Shown here in pieces: positions 9,276-16,931 of a stretch of DNA of 30,252 nucleotides. The position numbers were made by a program, and so were the translations under genes. The DNA is from an uncultured Phycisphaerales bacterium. GTDB lineage: Bacteria; Planctomycetota; Phycisphaerae; Phycisphaerales; SM1A02. Below the pieces are notes generated by a model. It had not been told where the DNA came from, ran no database searches, and worked only from the letters and a program-made list of their open reading frames with translations. How positions within the stretch are numbered: position 1 is the stretch's first letter; each line of letters begins with the position of its first letter. The stretch is taken from positions 1 to 30,252 of the forward strand of contig CALKEP010000083.1 in the NCBI GenBank assembly GCA_938084645.1, read 5' to 3'.

Positions 9276-10157
9276 TCACTCCGAACCGAACGGTTCGGGC
9301 TGCACCGGCTGCGGGATCCTCGCCCAGGCGTGCATCGCCGCTTCGAACGCCCGACCGAGAGATTCCGCCTTCGACTCGTCCCCGAAGGATCCCGCCCAGG
9401 CCTTCCACGACAGGACCTTCGGATCCGGCTCACGCCGGACGACGAGTCGGGCCGGCTGGTTGTCGAGCATGAGCAGACTGAACTCGTAGCGTTCAGGATC
9501 GTACTCGCGGGCCTCGACCGTGCCCCCCGCATCGTGGACGGCCGCTTCGAGGATCGCGATCCCCTCGACGCCCTCCTTGGAGGAGGTCACGGAGCGCCGC
9601 CGGGTCGCGGCCGATCGACCGACATGCCCCTCGCTGGCCCGGATGCCACGCTGGATCTCCTGCTGGATGTGAAGGGCTTCGGCATCGGTGCCGGTGAGGA
9701 ACTCGACCGAGGCGAGGATGTTCATTCGACGAAACTCGATCTTCGCGGTGCCGATCCGGCCGCGATGGTCCTTGAAACGCACCGTCGCCACGGCGGGGAC
9801 CAGACGTTGTCTCAGGATCGCCATCTCGACTTCGGGTGCCGCCGTCAGGATCGCTCGTGGCACGTCTTCGAATCGAACGCCGTACGGGGCTCGCTCGAGC
9901 GGCGGCGGGTCCCCGGTCACCGCGGATCGCAGGACTTGGCGAACCTCCTCACGCTGTCGATCGTCGAGGGTGGCCGAAGCCCAGCGATCATCGTCGCCGG
10001 GGAGGCCCACGCCGGACTCCGGGACATCTCCCAGGACCTGGTTGGAGGCCGAGGCCGGCGCCGGCTCGGAGGTGCATCCAGCACCCGAAAGCCCGATCAC
10101 GACACCCGCCGAGAGGACCTTGAATCGGGCCTGGATTGAGGCGAGCGTTCCTGACAT
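9276..10157 (-). CDS. Hypothetical exported protein, probable lipoprotein
   Basis: Fills the gap between gatA and the HD gene. N-terminus MSGTLASIQARFKVLSAGVVIGLSGAGC (basic + hydrophobic + Cys, imperfect lipobox), then a Pro/Ala/Ser linker. A -10 box lies 7 nt before ATG 10157. Confidence 0.7.
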   Translation of the reverse strand: MSGTLASIQARFKVLSAGVVIGLSGAGCTSEPAPASASNQVLGDVPESGVGLPGDDDRWASATLDDRQREEVRQVLRSAVTGDPPPLERAPYGVRFEDVPRAILTAAPEVEMAILRQRLVPAVATVRFKDHRGRIGTAKIEFRRMNILASVEFLTGTDAEALHIQQEIQRGIRASEGHVGRSAATRRRSVTSSKEGVEGIAILEAAVHDAGGTVEAREYDPERYEFSLLMLDNQPARLVVRREPDPKVLSWKAWAGSFGDESKAESLGRAFEAAMHAWARIPQPVQPEPFGSE

Positions 10158-10164
10158 CGTCGAG

Positions 10165-10170
10165 ATGGTA
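10165..10170 (-). promoter_or_regulatory. Putative -10 box (TACCAT), leaderless configuration
   Basis: Minus strand TACCAT-ctcgacg-ATG(10157): 7-nt spacer. Confidence 0.5.
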
Positions 10171-10347
10171 CTCCGCTCGGATCGCGTTCGAGACGCCAGG
10201 GGGCGTGAAGGCCCGGTAATACCATGCCCGATTCGATGCAAAATCCGAAGCGTCGATCCACCAGGGGAATCGCCACGTATCGACGGGATCGAACCGCCGA
10301 TGATGGTGATGGATCCACGGCCCAGTGAACGGATTCCGGCCCCGTCG

Positions 10348-10400
10348 TAGAATTTCCGAGTCTCGGATCGGTCGCTGAAACGATCGACCCCGACGGAGGA
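10348..10400 (+). promoter_or_regulatory. Putative -10 box TAGAAT (10348-10353) and Shine-Dalgarno GGAGGA (10395-10400) of the HD gene
   Basis: Near-consensus -10 hexamer; strong SD 8 nt before the in-frame ATC at 10409. Confidence 0.55.
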
Positions 10401-10408
10401 CCCCGACC

Positions 10409-12835
10409 ATCGGACCCCTGTCCCGAATCTTCAAGCAACGCGGCACCCGACGCAGTCGGATCTCCGCGTCCATCCGGCCGAAGGGCCCGACGATCCTGGA
10501 GATCGCGCGGCAGCCGCTGTTCGTGCACGGGGTGCTGGCGGTGATCGTCGTCTCGGTGCTGCTGACGCTCGTCACCACCTGGACGCGTTCGAACAGCCGG
10601 GTGTGGCCCGGAGAGGTCGCGACGGACAGCCTGGTGAACCCGATCGCCTTCAGCGTCCTCGATTCGGAGGAGACCGATCGACGTCGAACCGATGCGAAGC
10701 AGGCGTCCCCCCGCTTCTACATCGCCGACGCCACCTACCTCGCCGATCTGCGGGCGAAGCTGATGGGACTTCCCGTGGCGGCGCGTTCGAAGGTCACCGT
10801 CGACGAGGTCGGCGAGGAACTCCAGGCGCGATTCGGGCTGACCGACACCTCGCTCACCCTCCTGCAGAAGTACCAGACACCGGACGGCGTCACGCCGACC
10901 TGGCGGGAGTCGGTCGACGAGTTCATCGTCGCGTTGTGGAACTTCGAGCCGCTGCTCGAGACCCTCGAGTTCCAGCGGTTCTCGACCACGCCGACGCGGC
11001 GGGTCCTCCCACCCCCACCGATCGACACCACCGCCGTGAAGCCCGGCGACCCGAATCCGACCGTGGATTCCACCGCGACGTCCGTGGCCGACGAGACCAC
11101 CGCGGACGCGGTCGCCCCCGCCGCGGACCGGACCACCGCGGTCACCGTCGATCGTGCGATCGAACTCGTCCCCGACGAGATGGCCTCGACGGTTCGAGTG
11201 AACCTGATCAAGCTCGCTCGCTATTCCGGATTCCCGCGGGACGCGGCGGAGATCGTCGTCGCGGCCATCATCAACAAGCCCGGCCCCACCGTGCTCTTCG
11301 ACCCGGCGAGCACCAGTCTCGCCGCGGACGAGGCGGCGGGCCGCGTCGCGGACGTCTTCACCGAACATGCCGCGGGGGAACTGATCTACGCCCGGGGCGA
11401 CGTGCTCGACACCGACGCCATCGAACTGGCCTCGCTCGTCCTCGCGAACGCGATCGAAGCGGGCGGTTTCGAGGGAACCTGGAGCCGCGTCGCCGGCTGG
11501 ATGTTCCTTTCGTTCGTGGTGACGGTCCTCCTGGCCGGACACGGCGTGACCTTCTACTCGCGGATCGCGAGAAGCACCACGCGACTGTCGGTCGTCCTCC
11601 TCATGCTCGTCGGCACGACCACGCTCGCGTCGTTCTTCGCCGTCGCGTTCCCGCGACTGGCCCCCTTCGGTGCGGCCCTCGCGATCTCGATCCTCGCCAT
11701 CACGCTCACGCTGGCCTACGACCGGCGGATCGCGATCTTCGCCGGACTTCTCGGCGCCGTCTGCATCACCATCGCGGTCGGCGCATCCACCGCGTACGCG
11801 ATCGCCCTGCTCGCCATCAGTTCGACGCTCGCGTTTCAACTCGGGGAGATCGCGAACCGCGGCGCCTTCGTCCGTGCCGCGGTGGTCTCGGGCGGCGTGG
11901 CCGCCCTGGTCGTGCTCGCCCAGGGGCTCGCGACGACGCCACTCGGGACCGACGGCGCCTTCACGCAGGCGATCGTCCGTGCGGCCTTCGGCTGCGCCGG
12001 GACGTTGTTCGCCGGGTTCCTGATGCTGGGGATCATGCCGAGCATCGAGCAGTTGTTCGACATCACGACCGGGCTCACGCTCGCCGAACTCCGCGACACC
12101 AGACAGCCTCTGCTGCGGGAACTCCAGTCGCGGGCCCCCGGAACCTACAACCATTCCCTCGCGGTCGCCTCGATCGCGGAGAACGCCTCGGAGGCGATCG
12201 GCGCGGACAGTCGACTGGTGTACGTCGGCGGTCTCTATCACGACGTCGGCAAGTTGAACAAGCCCGAGTACTTCATCGAGAACCAGGGGGGCGGCGGCAA
12301 CAAGCACAACAAGCTCAGTCCCGCGATGAGCCTTCTGGTCATCATCGGCCACGTGAAGGACGGCCTCGAACTCGCCCAGGAGTACGGACTGCCGAAGTCC
12401 CTCCGGCACTTCATCGAGAGCCACCACGGAACCTCGCTCGTGGAGTACTTCTTCCACGCCGCGAAGGAGAAGGCGGCGGACGAAGGCGGAGAGGTCGACG
12501 AGTTCGAATTCCGCTACCCGGGCCCGAAGCCCCGGACCCGCGAAGCCGCGATCCTGCTGCTCTGTGACGGCATCGAGAGCGCGACGAGGGCGATGGGCGA
12601 TCCGACCCCGAGTCGAATCGAGTCGCTGGTGCGAAGGATGTGCCGCCGTCGTCTCGACGACGGGCAGCTCGACGACTCCAACCTGACCTTCCGCGAACTC
12701 CGGGTGATCGAGGACTCGATCATCAAGAGCCTCTGTGCGATCTACCATTCGCGAATCGCCTACCCCGGTGGCCGCGAGGAACGCGACAACCGCGAAGAGG
12801 GCGAAGTCCTCGCATCGGTCGGGACCGGCAACTGA
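10409..12835 (+). CDS. Membrane-bound HD (HDIG) phosphohydrolase, 7TM-HD / PgpH-like cyclic-di-AMP phosphodiesterase family; start uncertain (ATC 10409 vs GTG 10523)
   Basis: TM1 + extracytoplasmic domain + multi-TM region + HD domain with APGTYNHS, YHDVGKLNKPEYFIENQ, IIGHVKDG, SHHGT, FRYPGPKP, LCDGIESA. Confidence 0.9.
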   Translation: MGPLSRIFKQRGTRRSRISASIRPKGPTILEIARQPLFVHGVLAVIVVSVLLTLVTTWTRSNSRVWPGEVATDSLVNPIAFSVLDSEETDRRRTDAKQASPRFYIADATYLADLRAKLMGLPVAARSKVTVDEVGEELQARFGLTDTSLTLLQKYQTPDGVTPTWRESVDEFIVALWNFEPLLETLEFQRFSTTPTRRVLPPPPIDTTAVKPGDPNPTVDSTATSVADETTADAVAPAADRTTAVTVDRAIELVPDEMASTVRVNLIKLARYSGFPRDAAEIVVAAIINKPGPTVLFDPASTSLAADEAAGRVADVFTEHAAGELIYARGDVLDTDAIELASLVLANAIEAGGFEGTWSRVAGWMFLSFVVTVLLAGHGVTFYSRIARSTTRLSVVLLMLVGTTTLASFFAVAFPRLAPFGAALAISILAITLTLAYDRRIAIFAGLLGAVCITIAVGASTAYAIALLAISSTLAFQLGEIANRGAFVRAAVVSGGVAALVVLAQGLATTPLGTDGAFTQAIVRAAFGCAGTLFAGFLMLGIMPSIEQLFDITTGLTLAELRDTRQPLLRELQSRAPGTYNHSLAVASIAENASEAIGADSRLVYVGGLYHDVGKLNKPEYFIENQGGGGNKHNKLSPAMSLLVIIGHVKDGLELAQEYGLPKSLRHFIESHHGTSLVEYFFHAAKEKAADEGGEVDEFEFRYPGPKPRTREAAILLLCDGIESATRAMGDPTPSRIESLVRRMCRRRLDDGQLDDSNLTFRELRVIEDSIIKSLCAIYHSRIAYPGGREERDNREEGEVLASVGTGN

Positions 12836-12839
12836 TCGA

Positions 12840-13937
12840 TCAATCGGCCGAACCCCAGGCCCGCCGGTCGACCAGAAGTCGCATCGGCCTGGACATTCCC
12901 AGCCTCGACGCCGCCTCGCGATCGCACCAGGTCCCCCGCCGGATCCGGGTGATTCCCTCGTGAACGTGGAAGTGGACCTCGCGGTGGGTGAGCAACCGCC
13001 GAAACGACTCCACGTGACGAAGGCCCTCCACGCGGAAATCGAGCCCCGCCGCGATCGCCTCCGGTTCGAGCCGTGAGGCGGCCTCCACCGAAGGAAGCTC
13101 CCAGAGGCCGGCCCAGATCCCCTTCGACGGTCGACGTCGCAACAGGATTCGTTCCCCTCGACGGAGCAGGATCGAATGAAGGTGAACGACCTCGCGGCGG
13201 GCCGGCCGCTTGGGACGAGGAATCGAATCCTCCATTCCATGCCGCCGGGCCCCGCACCGATCGAGGAGCGGACACACGTCGCAGGACGGCGTTCCGGGAC
13301 GACACACCGTCGCCCCCAGTTCCATCAACGATTCATTCAGGACGCCCGGCGAATCGGCCACCACCGCAAGCGATTCCGCACGCCGCCAGCAGTGCTCGAT
13401 CAGCACCGGATCGTCGGACGCCGCATCGATCGCGTCGAGGCGGGCGACGACTCGAACCACGTTGCCGTCGACGATCGGCGCCGGCCGGTCGAAGGCGATG
13501 GATGCGATCGAGCCGGCGGTGTACCGACCGACCCCCGGCAGTTCCAGCAGCGCCTCGACCGTGTCGGGCACCTCGCCGCGATGCTGGTCGCGGATGACCA
13601 CCGCGGCCGCGTACAGCAACCGCGCTCGCCGGTAGTACCCGAGCCCCTCCCAGGCGGACACCACCGCATCCTCGCCCGCCGCCGCCATCGCGTCCGGGTC
13701 GGGAAACCGAGCGAGGAACGATTCGAATCGTTCGGCCACCCTCGATACCTGGGTCTGCTGGAGCATCAATTCGCTCACCAGCGTTCGCCAGGGGCTTCGG
13801 TGACGACGCCAGGGCAGATCCCGCTGGTGCCCCGGGAACCATGATTCGAGCCGGGAAGCGGCCCAGGCCGGATCGATCGGTTCGACCCGGCCCGGCCGAC
13901 CGACCCCGGTCTCTGGATTTGATCCGCCGCCGCTCAT
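12840..13937 (-). CDS. mutY: A/G-specific adenine DNA glycosylase
   Basis: RDLPWR, VSELMLQQTQV, WEGLGYYRRAR, HhH LPGVGRYTA, VDGNVVRV, Fe-S motif CRPGTPSCDVCPLLDRC, C-terminal NUDIX-like GIWAGLWELP. Confidence 0.95.
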   Translation of the reverse strand: MSGGGSNPETGVGRPGRVEPIDPAWAASRLESWFPGHQRDLPWRRHRSPWRTLVSELMLQQTQVSRVAERFESFLARFPDPDAMAAAGEDAVVSAWEGLGYYRRARLLYAAAVVIRDQHRGEVPDTVEALLELPGVGRYTAGSIASIAFDRPAPIVDGNVVRVVARLDAIDAASDDPVLIEHCWRRAESLAVVADSPGVLNESLMELGATVCRPGTPSCDVCPLLDRCGARRHGMEDSIPRPKRPARREVVHLHSILLRRGERILLRRRPSKGIWAGLWELPSVEAASRLEPEAIAAGLDFRVEGLRHVESFRRLLTHREVHFHVHEGITRIRRGTWCDREAASRLGMSRPMRLLVDRRAWGSAD

Positions 13938-14122
13938 TGATCCATTGTGGCGGCTTTCACGACCTCACGGCGGATCCCCGGGTGCATGAACCTCGAATAC
14001 CTTGCGGGGTCCGAAGAGGCGGGGTAGCCTTCATGGTTCCCGCGAGCGAGGTCCGGCCACGAAGTCCGACCTCCGCTCGGTTCGACCACGACCGGGCCTC
14101 TGGCCCAGGAGATGCAGATCCG

Positions 14123-14971
14123 ATGGCGAAGATGTTCTACTCGGCCGAAGAGGCCGCAGGCAAGCTCGGGAAGTCCGTGGACGAGCTGATCGCGATGGCG
14201 AAGAGTGGCGAGGTCCAGTCGTTCAAGCAGGACGACCAGGACATGTTCCGGGTGGAACAGATCGACATGCTCGCCGCGACCGACGACGACATCGGCGACC
14301 TCTCCATCTCGCTCGACGAGAGTGGCGAAGCCGATTCAATGGGTCTCAGTGGATCCGCGCCCGGCATCGACGGCGATGAAGCGTCGCTCGAGATGAGCGG
14401 CGAGATCGGCCTCGAGGACTCGGCGGCACCCGGCGCCGACGACAGCTTCCTCGCCGGCAGCGGCATGGGCACCGGAATCAGCGCCTTCGAGAGCGAATCC
14501 TCCGGCGAGGATCTCCTGAAGGACGACCTCTCGCTCGAGACCGTCGGAAGCGGCAGCGGCCTGCTCGACCTCACGCGAGAGTCCGACGACACCTCGCTCG
14601 GCGCAGAGCTGCTCGACGAGGTCTACTCCAACGACGACGACCCCGCGATCCCCGCGAGTTCGAGCGGCCTCTTCGAAGCCGCCGGCGCGGAAAGCGGTGG
14701 CAACAACCTCGGCGGCATGCCGGTCGGTGGCGTCCCGATGGTGGTCGAAGCCTACGAAGGCGGCTGGTCCGGCCTCACGGTGGGCATGGGCATCGTCGCG
14801 GTCGCATCGCTCTGCCTCGTCGCCCTGATGGCCTTCGTCGGAACCGCAGGCATTCTCCCCGCCCTCGCCACCATGATGGCCGACGGCATGATGGTCTGGG
14901 CCGGCGGTCTCGTCGGTGGCCTGATCATCTTCGGCCTGCTCGGGTTCTTCATCGGCAAGGCCTCCGAATGA
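14123..14971 (+). CDS. Xis/MerR-like helix-turn-helix protein with long acidic linker and C-terminal two-TM anchor
   Basis: SD AGGAGA at 14107-14112. N-terminus MAKMFYSAEEAAGKLGKSVDELIAMAKSGEVQSFKQDDQDMFRVEQID resembles HTH_17; D/E/S/G-rich middle; two hydrophobic helices at the C-terminus. Possible -10 TAGCCT at 14025-14030. Confidence 0.82.
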   Translation: MAKMFYSAEEAAGKLGKSVDELIAMAKSGEVQSFKQDDQDMFRVEQIDMLAATDDDIGDLSISLDESGEADSMGLSGSAPGIDGDEASLEMSGEIGLEDSAAPGADDSFLAGSGMGTGISAFESESSGEDLLKDDLSLETVGSGSGLLDLTRESDDTSLGAELLDEVYSNDDDPAIPASSSGLFEAAGAESGGNNLGGMPVGGVPMVVEAYEGGWSGLTVGMGIVAVASLCLVALMAFVGTAGILPALATMMADGMMVWAGGLVGGLIIFGLLGFFIGKASE

Positions 14972-15038
14972 TCGGAGGGCCGGGGGTCGTGACCAACGAC
15001 GTCCGACCATCCATTTCCCTCGGACCGGAATTCCTCCC

Positions 15039-15704
15039 GTGCTTCTGACCGGATACGGCCGACGTGAATGGGGTATCGCGACGGTGGTCGCGATCCTTCT
15101 CATCGTCCCGACCGTCATCTTCGCATGGTGGTGGGCGCTGATCCCGATCGGCCTCGCCTGGTTCACGGTCGCCGGGTTCTTCCGAGATCCGCTCGGACGG
15201 CGTCCCGCGACCGAGGACCCTCGGGATTTCATCTCTCCGGCGGACGGCAGGATCAGCCTCGTCGAACGGCTCGATCGTCATGAGGCGACGGGCGACGAAC
15301 CCGCGGTGCTGGTCCGGATCTTCCTGAGCGTGCTCGACGTCCACCTCAATCGCGCGCCGTGCGACGGCGAGATCGTGTCGGTCACGCATCGTCCGGGCAA
15401 GTATCTCGACGCGAGATCCGAGGAGTCCGCCCGGGTCAACGAGTCGAATCTCATCGTGCTCAAGGACGCCCACGGAGACCCCGTCGGGATCCGGCAGGTC
15501 TCCGGCGCGATCGCCCGACGCATCGTGTGCCCGGTCGGCATCGGCGATCGACTTCGGCGGGGGACCCGCTTCGGCATGATCAAGTTCGGCTCGACGACCG
15601 AGTTGATCGTCCGCGATCGACCCGGGGTGGAAGTCCTGGTCGCGAAGGGCGACCGCGTGACCGGTGGCGTCACCGTGCTGGTCCGACGCCCCGCATCAGA
15701 CTGA
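15039..15704 (+). CDS. psd: Phosphatidylserine decarboxylase proenzyme (short type)
   Basis: N-terminal TM, FFRDP, ISPADG, IFLSVLDVHLNRAP, RQVSGAIARRIVC, autocleavage motif FGMIKFGS. Confidence 0.93.
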   Translation: MLLTGYGRREWGIATVVAILLIVPTVIFAWWWALIPIGLAWFTVAGFFRDPLGRRPATEDPRDFISPADGRISLVERLDRHEATGDEPAVLVRIFLSVLDVHLNRAPCDGEIVSVTHRPGKYLDARSEESARVNESNLIVLKDAHGDPVGIRQVSGAIARRIVCPVGIGDRLRRGTRFGMIKFGSTTELIVRDRPGVEVLVAKGDRVTGGVTVLVRRPASD

Positions 15705-15721
15705 TTTCAACCATCCCGGGC

Positions 15722-16900
15722 TCAGGCCGCGAGATCGTCCCAGCCGAGGTCCTCGTCGGTCTCCTCGTCGGCCGGCGCATCGGGCCAGGTGTTCTCGAGT
15801 CGATTGTGGACCCGGATCAGCGTGGCGAGTTGCTCCGCGAGAATCGACCGGAGCGCCCCGAGGACCTGGGCGGTGTCGTCTTCGAACCCCTGCTCGCTGT
15901 CGCGGAAGAGGAACATGACGGCGAAGCACTCGCCGTCATGATGGCAGGGAACCGCGACCATTTCGAGATCGGACGAGACATCGGACCCGAGTTCGCATTC
16001 GCTCACGAACTCCTTGGCGTCTTCGAACCGCAGGACGTCGACGTGTTCGGCGACGGCCGGGCAGGCTTCGTCGCAGAGCCGCCGCAGCATCGGCTCGGCC
16101 GACTTGCGGGGCAGATCGCAGTTGACGTAGGCACCGAGCCCGAAGGACTCGTCCCCGCCCGCGAGATAGACCGCGGCGTTGGTCGGCCCCGTCTTGACCA
16201 GCAGGTACTCGAGGGCCGTCCGAAGGAGATCCTCGACGTCCAGCTCCTGGCGGATCAGGGTGCGGAACTCGCTGCACATGGCGACTTCGTCCAGCCTTCG
16301 AACCTGATCCGAATCGCCCTCGAGCGGAGCGTCGGTGATCGCCTCGTCCGCCGGAGTCTCGACCGGCGCCTCGTGCGCCGTGGCGACCTCTTCGGGGTCG
16401 GCGGCGGGCCGAGCCTCCGTGTCGAGACGTCGACTGAGGCTTCGCAGCCGGTGCATTCGTTCCTCGTGTTCGATCCGCTCCCGGCTTCGACGTGCGGCAC
16501 CCTCGATGCGACGTTCGACCTCCTCCGCCGACATCGGTCCGGACAGGAAGTCGGTGGCGCCGAACTGCATGGCCTGACGAATGCCGTCGACGTCGACCGT
16601 CGGCGCGGCGACCACCACGGAACCGTGCGGCTGAAGGCGTCGGACATCGTCCGCGAGCGAACGATCGAGATCTTCTTCCGCGATCAGGACGACCTCGCAT
16701 CGATCCTCGAGCAGTCGCCCTCGAAACTCGTCGACGTCGGTCGATACGATGCATCGACATCTGCCGTCGGACGCTTCGAGCAGGGCGGTGAGGGCGAGCA
16801 TCTCCGGACGGGATGCACAGACGAGGATCTGGAACACGGTGGATCCCGTGTGACTCGTCGGTGTCGCGTTCGTTTCGTGCATCTCAGGCTCGAAGTTCAT
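15722..16900 (-). CDS. Degenerate receiver (pseudo-REC) + coiled coil + GAF-like domain protein
   Basis: REC-like fold remnants (QILVC.., EVVLIAEE, RQAMQFGATDFLSGP), acidic linker, GAF-like QELDVEDLLRTALEYLL...AVPCHHDGECFAVMFLFRDSEQGFEDD..LAEQLA. SD GGGAGA before ATG 16900. Confidence 0.78.
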   Translation of the reverse strand: MNFEPEMHETNATPTSHTGSTVFQILVCASRPEMLALTALLEASDGRCRCIVSTDVDEFRGRLLEDRCEVVLIAEEDLDRSLADDVRRLQPHGSVVVAAPTVDVDGIRQAMQFGATDFLSGPMSAEEVERRIEGAARRSRERIEHEERMHRLRSLSRRLDTEARPAADPEEVATAHEAPVETPADEAITDAPLEGDSDQVRRLDEVAMCSEFRTLIRQELDVEDLLRTALEYLLVKTGPTNAAVYLAGGDESFGLGAYVNCDLPRKSAEPMLRRLCDEACPAVAEHVDVLRFEDAKEFVSECELGSDVSSDLEMVAVPCHHDGECFAVMFLFRDSEQGFEDDTAQVLGALRSILAEQLATLIRVHNRLENTWPDAPADEETDEDLGWDDLAA

Positions 16901-16931
16901 GTCATCTCCCGTAGTCGCGAATCGATCCGCG

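Noticed and set aside
9260..9300. CCGAACC/GGTTCGG hairpin at the gatA/lipoprotein convergence as a terminator
   Set aside because: Short stem, partly inside the CDS, with no U tract on either strand.
10200..10340. Possible riboswitch or sRNA in the divergent intergenic region (TACCAT at 10220, GTCGAT/ATCGAC pairing)
   Set aside because: Stems are short and built from the ubiquitous TCGA/GATC words; no match to riboswitch consensus that I can recognise and no terminator.
10097..13240. 1047-aa minus-strand ORF (and similar 7295-9532, 15359-17095, 24925-26553, 59-745, 830-1636)
   Set aside because: Antisense shadows of recognised genes; no independent family signal.
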